Assembly (NCBI GenBank): GCA_943704425.1 | Contig: CALSCP010002781.1 | Location: 79,733-143,732 of the forward strand | Source: Ministeria vibrans ATCC 50519 | Lineage: Eukaryota; Protista; Filasterea | DNA: 64,000 nt | Direction: 5' to 3' | Shown here: positions 47,233-60,800 of the stretch, in pieces | How the letters are laid out: each line of letters starts with the position of its first letter | How positions within the stretch are numbered: position 1 is the first letter of the stretch | Program-made: the position numbers and the translations under genes | The notes under the pieces: model-generated | Seen by the model: the letters and a program-made list of their open reading frames with translations, nothing else | Told to the model about the DNA's origin: nothing | The model's database searches: none

Positions 47233-48500
47233 ATGCGTGTTTTGATTCTTGTTGCCATTGCAACGACGACCATTCTGTCCAGCGCGCACTCATGCCAGAC
47301 CCGCGACGACTGCCAGCTTCTGGGCGACTGTATCGACAGCCAATGCACGTGTGACAAGGGCTGGAAAGGACTGCAGTGCAACGAGGCCGATCTGATGCCT
47401 TACACTGCGGGTACCGATCAAGATCAACAAACCAACACAGACACACTGTTTGTTTGTTCCGATAGGCAATGGCTATGTGAACACCACAGCGGCTAGCTGG
47501 GGTGGCAGGCCTATCCTTGTGAATGGTTCTTATCATCTCTTTGCCGCAGAAATGGCCAATTCGTGTCCGCTGGCGGACTTTGCAACCAATTCGCAAATCA
47601 TTCGAGCGGAGTCTGAATCCCTCTTAGGTTAGGCTGAGATCAAATTAATTGCCCTTCACTAACCGTCGCCTCCCGTCCGCATCAGGTCCCTATCACAAGG
47701 TTGAGACTCTACTACTTCCCTTTGCTCACAACCCCACTGCAATCGGCCCGACACCGGACGGCTACTATTTGCTTCTCTTCATTGCAAATGGGGTCAAGAG
47801 TGTCAAGACGTGCACCAACGCGACACGCTCATCGTCGTCAAACACCCACCACTACGGTAATGTGACAGAGAAGCGCCACATTGGCCTGGCCTGGTCGCGC
47901 AGTGTCCTGGGACCGTGGCAACAGCGTGCTATTCTGCCCGACGACCCTACCAACGTCTTCTGCGGCACGACCAACCCGTCAGCGGTCATCATGAGCAACG
48001 GCACCATTGTGCTTGCGTACCGCTCCAAGCTGTGCAGCAATATGTCGGAAGGCCAGGTTCTCGGCATTGCCACTGCACCACACTTCACCAAGCCCTTTGT
48101 GCGCCACCCGACACCGATTGTGACGCCCGCTCAGGGCTTTGGGGACAACGAGGACCCTTTCATCTTCTACGACACACGTCGCGCCGCCTTTCATATTGTT
48201 GCACACAACCAGGGCCCCGGTTGCGTGTGCGGGCGCAGTGGTGGAGGCACCTGTGCATCGCACCTTTACTCACACGATGCGTTCACCTGGCGCATTGGCT
48301 CAGCCTTCGTCTACAATGCCACTGCCCACCTCTCCGACGGCTCCCAGAAAGACTTTGTGATCCGTCAGCGTCCCCAACTCTTCCTTGACAAGGACGGCTA
48401 CACACCACTGGCTCTCTTCAATGGTGCCTCCTTTGACGGCGGCATCAAAGATCCCGACATTCTAACGCACACGTTTGCCTTTGCGTTCAACAACCAATAA
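47233..48500 (+). CDS. Secreted protein with an N-terminal EGF-like module and a GH43-like five-bladed beta-propeller (2 introns)
   Basis: Signal peptide MRVLILVAIATTTILSSAHS; CQTRDDCQLLGDC...CTCDKGWKGLQC; SWGG...YHLFAAEM, AHNPT, TNPSAV, EDPFIF and RQRPQL propeller motifs. Confidence 0.7.
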
Positions 48501-48685
48501 AGAATGAATCATCAGCGGAACGGAGTCCGTCTGGTACACTACTACATCAACAGTTCAACACAGCGATATTGTATATTTAGCAGCGCAACTTGTGAATTTT
48601 ATTCAAAACCTTGTTTAATTATTATTATTCATCGAATTATTATTATTCATCGAAAGTCCAAAGCAATAATCATTTTTTTGATACA

Positions 48686-51518
48686 ATGGCCCTCACGATC
48701 GTACGCACACGCGCCTTGCTATGCGACACACCCCCGCGCTAAACTCTTTTGTATAGAATGATTCCGACGTCGTTTTCGAAGAGGAAATCTTGAGAAATCC
48801 TTACAGGTACAGACCACACGCCAATCCCCAGCGACCACTGTCCTTGCTCCACGTGCCCTCCTCCCCGACGATCAACCCCTCGTCTTCCTTCCCTCTTCTC
48901 TCTTTCTTTCTCCTTTTGACTTTGAACATGAAAAACGTTTTTTTTTTCTCCTCACTCACTCACTCACTCACTCTCTCTCTCACCCTCCCTCTCTTGGCAG
49001 TGTTCGCGTCTGGCTGCGCTATCTGGAACACAAACGAGGCTCGCCGCAACGACAGCGCAACGTCGTGTACGAGCGGGCGCTGCAGGAGCTGCCAGGGTCC
49101 TTCAAACTGTGGTATCATTATCTGCGCGAACGTCGCGCCGCCGTTCGCGCCCGACCGCCCACCGACGATGCCTACGAGGAGGTCAACGCCGTCTTTGAGC
49201 GTGCTCTCGTCTTCATGCACAAAATGCCCCGCATCTGGCTCGACTACTGTCGCTTTGTGGTGCGCCAAGGCTTTGTCACACGCGCTCGTCTCACCTTTGA
49301 TCGGGCTCTTCGCTCGCTTCCCGTCACCCAACACCAGCGCATCTGGCCTCTCTACCTTGACTTTGTTCGCTCCTACAACCTCCCCGAGACCGCCGTGCGC
49401 GTCTACCGTCGCTATCTCAAGCTCAACCCGCACAACGTCGAAGAGTACATCGACTATCTCATTTCCGTCCAACGCTACGACGAGGCAGCGCGTCGTCTTG
49501 CCTTTGACGTTGTCAACCGCGACACGTTTGTCTCGAAAGCAGGAAAAACTCAACATCAGCTGTGGGTCGAGCTGTGCGATCTCATTTCGCGCCATCCCGA
49601 CAAGGTGACGTCGCTCAAGGTGGAGGCCATCATCCGCGGTGGTCTTCGTCGCTTCACCGACATGCTCGGCAAGCTCTGGTGCGCCCTTGCCGACTACTTT
49701 ATTCGCCTGGGCAACTTTGAGCGCGCTCGTGACATCTACGAAGAGGCCATTGGCACTGTGATGACCGTGCGTGACTTCAGCCAAGTCTTCGATGCTTACG
49801 CTCAGTTTGAGGAGGCAACCATTGCCTCTCAGTTGGCCGACGACAACGGTGACGACAACGACAACGACGACGACGAAGAGAACGAGCTCACCGAAGAGAT
49901 GCATCTGGCGCGCTTTGAGTATCTGATGGAGCGCCGCCCCCTCCTGCTCAGCAGCGTACTCCTGCGCCAAAATCCGCACAATGTGCCCGAGTGGCTCAAG
50001 CGCGTCACCCTTTACGAGGGTCACACCGCCGATCAGATCCGCACGTTTACCGAGGCCCTTCAGACAGTCGATCCACTCACGGCCACAGGCAATGCAGCAC
50101 AGCTCTGGATTGAGTTTGCACTTTTCTACGAGCGTCACGGCCAGCTCGACGACGCACGCACCGTCTTCAAGCGCGCCACCAAGGCCACAGTGCGCAAAAC
50201 GGAGGACCTCGCCGACATCTGGCTGGCCTTTGCCGAAATGGAAGTGCGTGCCGAACAGCCTGAAGAGGCGCTCAAGCTCATGCGACGCGCCACTACGCCC
50301 CTCGCACACCACGGCGACGATGACGAGACGGTCGCCAACGCACCCCAGCGCAACGTCAACAAGTCCCTGCGCCTGTGGGCCTTTTACGTTGATCTCGAGG
50401 AATCCCTGGGCACCTTCGAGAGCACCAAGGCAGTCTACAACCGCATCCTGGCGCTTCGTATTGCGACACCACAGATCATCATCAACTACGCGATGTTCCT
50501 CGAGGAGAACCACTACTTCGAGGAGGCCTTTTCCGTCTACGAGCGCGGCATCTCCATCTTTCGCTGGCCCGTCGTCTTCGACATTTACAACACCTACCTC
50601 TCCAAGTTCCTTGCGCGTTACGGCGGTCGCAAACTCGAACGGGCGCGCGATCTCTTCGAACAGGTCCTCTCGGGCTGCCCCAAAGAGCGCGCACGCACCT
50701 TCTACCTCATGTATGCCAAACTGGAAGAAGAGCATGGCCTTGCGCGACACGCCATGAGCGTCTACGAGCGCGCCACCAAAACACTTCCAACCACCGAGCG
50801 CTACGATATGTACCTCATCTACATCCACCGTGCCGCCGAGCTCTTTGGCGTCACCCACACGCGCACCATCTACGAGCAGGCCATCGAGGCGCTTCCGGAC
50901 AAGCAGGCCAAGCTCATGTCTCTGCAGTTTGCCGAACTCGAACGCAAACTCGGCGAAATCGATCGAGCACGCGCCATCTTTGCACACGGCTCTCAGCTTG
51001 CCGATCCGCGCGGCGACGCAGCTTACTGGAAGGCCTGGAACGACTTTGAGGTGCGCCACGGAAACGAAGACACCTTCCGCGAAATGCTTCGCATCAAGCG
51101 CTCCGTCTCTGCCATTTTCAACACCACCGTAAGACACCTGCACATATGATTATATCGAAGTATTGACTACTTGTTTGATTTCGGTTCAAGGTGAACATCT
51201 CGACGGCGCAAGTGAAGGCCATTGCGGGCGAGAATACCATGGAACAACTGGAGGCGCAGCAGAACCAGGCCAAGGAGGAGCAGGCAGCCATTGCCGCCGT
51301 TGCTGCCTCGTCCGGTCCCACTTTTGTTCGCGTATGTCATTCATTATGCAATAGCAACGTATCTTCTGTCTCCCCTCACTTTTGTGTTTTTATATAGAGC
51401 ACCACTCAAGGAAGTGGCGATGTGCAGGGGGCAGCCAATCCTGAAGAGATTGCACTGGATGATGATGATGATGACGATGACGATGCAATGGACGAGGGCG
51501 CAGATGCAGCTCCAAAGG
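48686..51518 (+). CDS. XAB2: Pre-mRNA splicing factor SYF1/XAB2 (HAT repeats); final exon and stop codon not found
   Basis: FEEEILRNPYSVRVWLRY, YERALQELPGSFKLW, FMHKMPRIW, LRQNPHNV, FEVRHGNEDTFREMLRIKRSV, NPEEIALDD. Confidence 0.95.
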
Positions 51519-51528
51519 GTACACAAAC

Positions 51529-51638
<110 letters not shown>

Positions 51639-51673
51639 CTAACACACGCACTCTGTCTTCTGTTTATGCTCAG

Positions 51674-52693
51674 GTGGACATTGAGTTGGCCAAATTCAAT
51701 GCAGACAAGCCGGCGGACGATGAGGCACTGCGCAAGAAGCTCTGGCTGCGTATTGCCCGCCATGTCGTCGAAGAAGAGCGCGACATCCAACGGTACTACC
51801 ACACATACACCACTCCCCCACCAAATCATCGCAAACGCACTTACTTTTTTGTACTGTTTTAGCGCTATGCAATTTCTCAATCAATGCGATCTGCTGAAAG
51901 TGGAGGACATTCTTCCGTTTTTTCCAGACTTCACCACCATCGACAACTTTAAGGTACAAAGTTATAATATTGTTATTTTTATTTTATTGTTATTATTCAA
52001 AGTATATTTTAATATATGTGTGTGGGTGTGTATCCGTCTCTTTATCTTTATCTAACTGTGTTGGCCTTAGGATGCCATCTGCTCGAGTCTTGAAGAGTAC
52101 AACCACAACATTGACAACCTCAAGCGCGAAATGTCCGAGGCAACTGAGAGCGCCCGTGCCATTCGCGCCGACATCCAAGAACTCCGTCACAAGTACGACT
52201 CGGCTCTTTACTAGTACTGCACACTCTAACGCGCGATTCTGTTGTTGTCTCTGTGTAGATATGGTGTTGTCGCGGCGAGCGATCGCTGTGCCATCTGCTC
52301 CGCGTACATTCTCCAGCGCACCTTCTACCTCTTCCCTTGTCAGCACATCTTCCATGCGGATTGTCTCATCCAGCAAGTCCAGCGCCAGCTTACTGCCTCA
52401 CAGCGCGCCCGCATCATCGACATCAACGAGCGTCTTCTGCGCGTACCCATTTCTGAACTCCCATCTTCTGTTTTTTATTCCTCTTCTTCTCTTTTCAATT
52501 TCAGGAGACACCCTTGTCTAAGAAACGCGTTGAGCTCACCGACGAGGTCGGGGTAGAGACACAAGGCGAGCGTGCACAGGCGGAACTCGATTTGCTTGTT
52601 GCTTCCCAATGTTTGCTCTGTGGCGACTTCATGGTGCGTCTCATTGACCAGTCGCTCGTGTGCCCCGAAGATCATGCCCTCTGGAAACTGTAG
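51674..52693 (+). CDS. VPS18: VPS18/PEP3 C-terminal fragment only (alpha-solenoid end, coiled coil, RING-H2); 5' part absent
   Basis: VDIELAKFNADKPADDEALRKKLWLRIARHVV, LLKVEDILPFFPDFTTIDNFKDAICSSLEEYN, CAIC...FYLFPCQHIFHADCL, CLLCGDFMVRLID. Confidence 0.9.
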
Positions 52694-52874
52694 AGAGAAG
52701 TAGAAAATATCATAAAATCTCGTTTGAAACTTGCTATTCATGACTGTCGACTGATCGGTCTTTGAGAGTGACGTGTGAGAGTGACTGAGTTGAGCGAGTC
52801 TTTGCGATAACACGATAATTATTCATTACGAACTATTCATAAATTTGTCTGACCTCCGTCGCTGTCGTGGAGAA

Positions 52875-53302
52875 ATGTCCGTTCGAGCGTTCGAGCTGGT
52901 CCCACTGCTGGACGGACCAGTCGTGGACAAAGCCAGCAAGATCGAGGTACGCGTGCGCGCCGTGCCAGCCCTCCGCCGTCCGCTGATCGTCTTGTAGGTG
53001 ACTGCGGTGGATTTCGGCAATGAGAGACTCTACGTGGGCACGTCCGACGGCCAGCTGTTCCACTACACCATTACCAAGGTAACCCACACGAGCCGGCCGC
53101 TGTCTGCTCTCGGCACAACGACATGTTATTCCCATTTTGCTCTTTCTACACATCCTTTTAAATTGCGTCTCTCTCACTACCCTTAACCCCGCTGATCGCT
53201 AGGCCGTCAGCAAAATTGGGCGACAGGTGTTTCGCAACCGCCTCGAGTCGAAGAAGCCGCTAGGTACGCCCGCATTCGCCCGCAAAAGAGGGTCGATCCA
53301 AC

Positions 53303-53344
<42 letters not shown>

Positions 53345-53773
53345 GTTCTGAAGGATTGGGAAAGAAACCTGTTGAGAAGATTCACTTTGTGCCACAGTCC
53401 AAGAAGGTGATTGTAGTGTGCGGAGGGACCATGGTGGTTCTTGGAATGGACACGCTGGCGGTCGACATTCCTGACAAAGCGGGCGGGACAACCAAGCACA
53501 TCAGTTGCCTTGCCGCTGACGAAACAAGGTAGGGTGCGCCTTTGGTGAATAGTATAATGTTAATATGCTCTCTCTCTCTCTATCACTTTGTTTCTTTCTC
53601 TCTCTCTATCACTTTCTTTCTTTCTCTCTCTCTATCACTTTGTTTCTTTCTCTCTCTCTCTATCAATTTGTTTCTTTCTCCCTCTTTTCTCTCTCTATCA
53701 CTTTGTTTCTTTCTCCCGCTTTTCTCTCTCTCCATTACTTTGTTTCTTTCTCCTTCCTTTCTCTCTCTAACTT

Positions 53774-53826
<53 letters not shown>

Positions 53827-56800
53827 CTTTATCCCTTTTGTGTCTTTCCCCTCTTTTCTTTCTCCTGCTCCCTCCTTTTGCGCTCTCTGTTACGCATTGT
53901 TCTCGACAGTGGACGAACGCATATTTGTGTCGCGCGGAAAAAGAGTGTACTATTTCAAATTGTGCACAAAGATCGACTGGTGACAGAGCACGACATCAAC
54001 ATTGGCGAGGTGCCGGTGGCTATGGCACGGCACGCCCTGACAGTGTGTATTGCGACGGCCCGACGCTATCTCCTTGTGAGTGCACACCAAGGCGGCAAGA
54101 TAACCGACCTATTTCCCTTTGAGAGCATCAAGCCTGTCGTCGAAGTGGTCGGCCTCAACGAATTCCTTGTGCTGCTCAACACCACCGATACGTTTGTGCT
54201 GGGCCAGTTCATCACCACAATGGGCCTAACCAACCGTGCACCCGTCAGCTTTCCCGACAAACCTGATGCCGTTGCCGAGAGCTTTCCTTACCTGCTCGCC
54301 GTGCAGTCAGATGCCATCGAGGTGCGCTCGCTCATCGACCAGCAGCCCAAGCAGAACATCCCCTTCCGTGGCGGTCGTGCCATGCAACGCTGTGAAGGCC
54401 AACTCTTCATCGCCTCACAAAAGCACGTTTACCTCCTTCTTATGACCTCCATTGAAGTACGAGCATGCATCTTCCCGTCGCCCTCGCTCACTGCCATCTC
54501 CCTCCTTGCCAATGCCTTTAGGAACAAATCAACGAACTACTGCGTGACCTGCGTACGGAAGAGGCTCTTTTGCTGGCCGAGCAGGCTCTAGACTCGGGTG
54601 GCAGCGACGAAGACGGCCGCAGAAAGGTTTGCTCTCTTTCGTCAACTTTAAGGGGGTTTTTTTCTCCACTTATTCCCGTTTTGTTTCCTCGTGCGTCTTT
54701 GACTCACGTCTCAAGCGCTTGATTATGGGTCGCATTCAGTTGCGAACAGGCTTTTCGTATCTGGCGGAGGGGCGCTCGTACCAGGCGACGGAGATGTTTG
54801 CCAAGGGAGGACTGGATCCGCGCGAGTTGTGTGCTGTTGTGCCCGAACTGCTTCCTGCCGGTATCGATTTTCAGAGCGAAAATGAATCTTCTTACAACAA
54901 CTGACTAGAGATGCTTTCTTTTGTTTTTTTTTTGTTTTTTTTTTGTTTTTCATATGTATATATACAGACACTGACTTTCGACGCGACGAGCCGTGCATGC
55001 ATGGACGCTTGGAGACTCGCATTCCCGATGTAACAAATCCAACTGCAACCGACTTGTGTCGCTCACACCTTTTCTCGTTTTGTTTTGTGTGTCTGCTCCG
55101 TTCAGTCTGTGTATCCATACATGGCGGAGTATCTACAGAAGAAGCGCAGCGAGGGACTGCCTGAAAACATGATTGTGGATGTCGACACGGCTCTTGCAAA
55201 GCTCTTTGCTCTCAACAAAATCCCCGACTCAGCTCAGGTATCTTTTTTTCATCTTGCCTTCTTTTAATTGTCTAAAACAACAATGTCTTGCCGCGCTGTA
55301 GAATCTCGTTGAATACGTGAGTGTGCGCAACCGATGCAACGTCAAGGACGCAGTGCCATTCCTGGCCTCACACGGGCACCACCATGCCGTTGCGCTGCTG
55401 TATTTGCGCGACGAGCAGTACGAGGAGGCGCTAGAGACGTGGACCAGGTTAGGGCCATGTAATCTATTATTTTCTTAATTTGGCTCTGATATGCTGTGTG
55501 TTTTTTGTTTGAGTAGGCTGTTTGATAGAGAGATTGATGATGCACAGTTTCCGGGATTGCCGGTGATTGTGGAGGCGTTGCGCAATGTACAGGACAAACG
55601 ACTGCTGTTCCACTTTGCGGCGTGGGTGGTGCGGCACGATGCGGTCGAGGGGGTGTCTGTGTTCACGCGACACAGCACCCGTGTGTCGCTGCAGGAGCGC
55701 GTGTCTGCGTCGTCGCGACGACACACTGTTGCGGTGCGATCTGACACGCGCAGTCGAGACCGACGACGACGTGAGGGTACGCAGGATGACGAGGCGCGCG
55801 ACGAAGAGGAGGAGGCAGACCAGTCGGGTGCTGCCAACGAAGGAGGCAGCGTATCCGATGTCGCTCTCAAAATGGCCTCTAGCAACCGCATAATGGACAT
55901 TTTGACGCTGGCAGCTGCCGTTCGCGCCAAGACAGCTGCGACTCTGTTTACGGCCGACGATGTCTTGGAGTTTCTCAAGCCATTTGGGTCTGTGCCTACC
56001 CATCTCTTTCTTGAACATCTGGTGCGCAGTGTCACTTTTTTTGTTTTGTTTTTGTTTTTGTTTTTGTTTTTTCTTTTCTTTTTTTTTTGTTTTTTTTTGC
56101 TTGCTTGCTTCATCACATCATTCTCTGTTACTGTGTCCTCTTTCCCTCCTTGTTTTGCATTTCTAATATTTTATCATTGTGTGTTTTGTGCGTCTTTTCT
56201 TGCGCAGGTGCTGGGTGGTGGTGGTGGGCACGCCAAGCATCACACACGACTGGCGAGTGTGTACCTCGATGCCATTCTGGGCAAGGAAGGGGATGTGGAG
56301 AGCACACGCACCAACTTGCGGTTGCTTCTTGAGACTTCTGCGCTGGTGGATGTTGAACAGATTCTCACGCGTGTTGAGAAGAGTGATTTACTCCGTGAGA
56401 AAGCTATTCTATACGGAAAGGTAAAGGAAGAATTGAAAAAAACTGTGACCTGTCGTTTTTGACGGCTTTTCGCGTGTAGACGGGCGATCATTCGCGTGCC
56501 TTGGATATTCTTGTGCGCCAAGTGGGCGACTTTGACGCAGCGACGCGGTACTGTCGGGTCACAAGAGTCGACGAGCCGCATGAGCGACGCCGTCTCTACG
56601 TCGCACTCCTGGAGACGTACCTTGTGCCCCCAACACCCGAACAGTACGCGAAGGATTCTCTCCGTTGACTTTTCTCTTTTTTTTGTGTGTATGCGTTTCT
56701 GTCTTCTAATGGCCAATGGGTGTAGAACACAACTGCTGGAGCCTGCCGTGAAGCTGCTGGACGAGCACGGCTGCGACATGGACGCAGCAATGGTATGCGA

Positions 56801-57291
56801 TCGTCAGGTGTTCGATTGCGACTGATTTGGGGGTTTTTGTCAAGGTGTTGGAGCTCTTACCGGGTGACTGGGGTATTGCCATGATGGCAAACTTCCTTGA
56901 CAAGGCCATCCGCCGTAATGTCCATGCTTACCGTGAGAAGGCACTTGTCATGAATCTCATGCGAGCCGAGTATTTGCAGGTTAGTAGTGCTTCTCTTTCT
57001 CATTTTAGAGCACTTATGTCATTTTCGTTTTCAGACGCGTCGAGACCTTGTTGAGTGTCATCAGCAAAGTGTGACTGTGACATTTGAGGACCGCTGTCCA
57101 GTGTGCGAGCGACGCTTTACTGACGAAGCAGGTGAGTTGGATATTGAAACCCGTCTCATAGGCCACTGATCAATTTAGTAGTGATTGCGCGCTATCCCAA
57201 TGGAACGACACTACACGACGAGTGTGTCTACGATCCGCTTGTATGCCCTGTGACTCACACTCGCTTTAGCGATGACTACAATTTCGACTGA
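52875..57291 (+). CDS. TGFBRAP1: TGFBRAP1/Vps3 (CORVET subunit; Vps39 family): CNH domain, solenoid, C-terminal Vps39_2/zinc finger
   Basis: MSVRAFELVP...LYVGTSDG, GKKPVEK, LDPREL, VDTALAKL, FLEHLV, HTRLASVYLD, EKAILYGK, VLELLPGDW, CPVCERRF...ARYPNG...CPVT. The N-terminus looks more like TGFBRAP1 than VPS39. Confidence 0.82.
53568..53830. repeat. Compound CT-rich satellite with unit TCTCTCTATCACTTTGTTTC, in a TGFBRAP1 intron
   Basis: Direct reading; the same unit recurs at 57.6-57.7 kb. Confidence 0.85.
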
Positions 57292-57581
57292 GAGTGATGT
57301 TTTTGTATAATATTATTGTAATTATTTTCTTTTTGACTGAGTGTTGTCAGAGGCAATTGAAGCTGAAACAATGTTCACACCGCGTGAAAACAGATTGAAA
57401 AACGTGCCGTAGTTGAAGTAACTGGCGCGATTGTTGTGGGTGTTGGCGGCGTCCCACAGTAATACCGCGTACAAAAATTATTAGGAAAGTTAAATAATTT
57501 TATTGAGTTTTACTCGTAATTTACCTCTCTCTTTTAATCTTTTACTCACATACTCTCTCTACCCCTTTGTTTGATGTTTTT

Positions 57582-57584
<3 letters not shown>

Positions 57585-57627
<43 letters not shown>

Positions 57628-57777
57628 CTTTTTTTCTCTCTCTCTATCACTTTGCTTCTCTCTCTATCACTTTGTTTCTCTCTCTATCACTTTGTTTCTC
57701 TCTCTATCACTTTGTTTCTCCCTCCCTACTATCTCTCTCTCTCTCTCTCTTCTCTCTCTTCTCTCTCTCTTCTCTCT

Positions 57778-57865
<88 letters not shown>
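57585..57865. repeat. (CT)n tract interleaved with TCTCTCTATCACTTTGTTTC units
   Basis: Direct reading; lies just downstream of the stop codon of the giant minus-strand gene. Confidence 0.9.
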
Positions 57866-57868
<3 letters not shown>

Positions 57869-57885
57869 CACTCTCCGATAAGGTT

Positions 57886-60800
57886 TTAGAACCCCTCCAG
57901 AACTTCATGGTCGGTCAACAGCGCGGCTTGGTCTCCGGCACCGTGTCCGAGCGACTTGCGCAGCAGCTGGTTATTTCGTCGAAGATGTATAACAATGAGC
58001 AAACCAACGACCACAACTGCCACTATCCCAACCGCAAACTGTGCTGAAGACACTCCGCCAACCGTCGAACCCAATAGAGGTGCCCCAACATTGTGGTCTG
58101 TCAAGTCGCCCATCTCCAGCGTCACCCGTGGCGTCGTCGCACCCACATCCACAAATGCAAGCCAGTCGTACGCCCCAAGCAAAGAGTGCGTTGTATTCTC
58201 CCTCGCCGGTTCCCACACCAGCCGATTCAGCTTGCCCAGCAACTCCGCCGCAGTCGGCGCTCCACCTGCAATCCAAATTGACACCACCGGCTCGTGCAAA
58301 GCAGTCGTCTGCTCCACACGCACTCGAATGCGCTCCTCTACTCCCAACAGCCGCTCCACCTCCAAACCAATCTCCCCAGCACAGTCACTCTGCATTTCCT
58401 CCTCACTCCTCGTCGCGCTCCCTCCACTCGACACCAGTCGACGTCCAATCGTCACATGCTTTACCGCCGCCTTCGCCGTGTTCGTGTTGATCTCGTGCAG
58501 TGAGAAGTGCCATGACACCGCAGTTTTCTGCTCATTCCCCGCCAAATCACGCGCCCCCAACACCGTCATCTCCACCTCTGCTCCTTCAAACTGCTCCCAT
58601 GGCGCCCCACTCCCAAACTCAATGTGCAACGAGTGCCCCGAGCACACCACCTGAACCTCGTTGGGCTGGTGCGACTGCAGCGTTGCAATCGTCGCGCCCC
58701 CTTTGCTCACAATCGCCCGCACCCGGTGCGCTACCGGTGCATTACAGTCCAGCACCTCCTCGTACGTCACCCCAATCTTACTTCCCGGGCTGTACACCCC
58801 ATTCTCTGGCTGTGCAAACCGCCCAAACACCTGCGGCGCTGTCCGGTCCAGCACGCCCTCCAGCACCGTCGAGAACTGCTCGTTGATAGTCGGCGGTGGA
58901 TCCGACAAACTCGCCGGTGTGCACACCGTGTGCAGTCGCAGGTCGTACTTGCCATCCGGTACACTCCCCACATCCCAGTACACCATCGCATACCCAAACC
59001 CGCTCTCCAGTGACTTCAGACCCCCCGTCGCAGGTACAGCCGCTGTCTCCTTTGCCAGCGTATATTGCGCCTCGCGCCACACTGACGTACCCGTTTTGCG
59101 GTACTCCAGGACCACACTCGTCAGTCGAGGGTCGGTGCGCCACGACTGGTCAATCACATGTTTGTTCACAGCGACCACTCGCAACTGGTTCTTGTGCTGC
59201 CCCAGCCAGTCGCCTTTCGTCATTTCTTCATTCACTGTAAATGTACCCTCCTCCACCAAAGTGGCCGCAAATTCCACAGGTGGACAGGGCGCGAGCCACT
59301 CCACAGGAATGTCAAGTGAATTTCCCGTTCGCTCATACTCCATGCTTGTTCCGCCTGGGAAGTACATATCTTGTTCACAAACAGAGCGAAACGTCAAGCG
59401 AAATGGTGGATACACAGACAGCTCCGGTCCAGCATCAATAATCAGAGTCATCTCCTTTGATCCAGGAGCAAAATCTCGAAAGACAAGCGGCGCAATGAGT
59501 GTGTCTCCATCAATAAGTGGCACCAAGTCTAAACCCACCCACCCCAAGGATATAAGTTGAAGTAAAGAAAGAATATCAATCACAGTTCTTACTTCCAGGA
59601 TTGAACTCGGAAGGCATTGCCAACTCGTAGACGGAAGCATCTCCCGTGGGTGCATCTTGAATGAGGAGAATATGGAAGATTGCTGATGCGCCCGGCATCA
59701 GTGGACCTGCGGGCCACGAACGCAGCTTCATCCGCACCTGCTCACGGTGAGCGGTATTTGCCTCGTGAATGCACCACGATTGGCCACTGATCGTGCGAAA
59801 CACTGGCGTCCCGTACACTGGATCCCAGAAGATAAGAACGTTGAACTCGTCGCCTGCATCAGGGTCTGCCAACGTGAACGACACCTCCGTATTCGACGAG
59901 ATGGTTGAGCCTTCGCTTGAACCATGGGCAATGGTAATCGCCGCCGGCAGCTCAATGCCCACGTCAATGCCACCCGCCGCCTTCAACGCAAACGCAAACT
60001 TCAGCGTGGGCATAGTAATCGTGTGCTCCCACGAGTCACTCTTGCTCTCGTCCCGCGACTGCCCTCCGCCCGTCGAGTACGAGATAGACTGACCACCACC
60101 CGAGAAGCTAACCCCATGATAATCTTTCAAAGACGTCGAAGAGCGACGCGTGTCGCTAGCGTCCGCAGACCGACGACCTGCGCCAGGTTGGATGAGCACA
60201 GGCTGAGTCTGCGACCAGTCTTTCACTGGTGCCGCTCCTGCCTTCGCCTCGCACGCCTCAGGCACAAGACCATGACTGTCCGTGTACGCCTCAGCATCGT
60301 CTCCATCAAACGTCTCCACTCCCGTCTGCTTCGTCAGCGTGTTGATCGGTGGCAGTCCGGGACGAAATGCTCCTTGCTCCGCCCCAAACAACTGTGAGTT
60401 GTCTGCACCCCACTTCTGCAACACCTCAATGTAAGCGTGAGCGGCCGTCGCGAATCGCAGTAACCGCACACGTGAACCCAGCTGGCTTGCACTGAAGCGG
60501 TTGTCGAGTGTCACCGCTGACGCATAGTCGTCGCTGCTGGGCGACACAAGTACAAACGAAGACGGTCCAACACGAAGCTCTTCGGCAAATCGAACCCACT
60601 GGGTGCCCTTCTGAGCAGCCGCATGGTGCACAGCAGCATTGTAAGCCAGCATTGACACCCATCCATTGCATGCGTTCACCAACTCTGCAGTCGTGGTTCC
60701 GTTGGCCTTGCTCCCTTTATCAACTTCAGCAGCAATTTGCTCAAGCAGCGCCGGAATCAGACGCCATTTGATGTCCTCCTCTGTCCGCCAACTCATCACC

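Noticed and set aside
48960-51143. 727-aa antisense ORF opposite XAB2
   Set aside because: It is the codon-aligned shadow of a GC3-rich conserved gene and has no recognisable motifs.
52547-52579. 33-nt GT-AG mini-intron in VPS18
   Set aside because: It is in frame, stop-free, purine-rich and shorter than the other introns here, so it is most likely coding.
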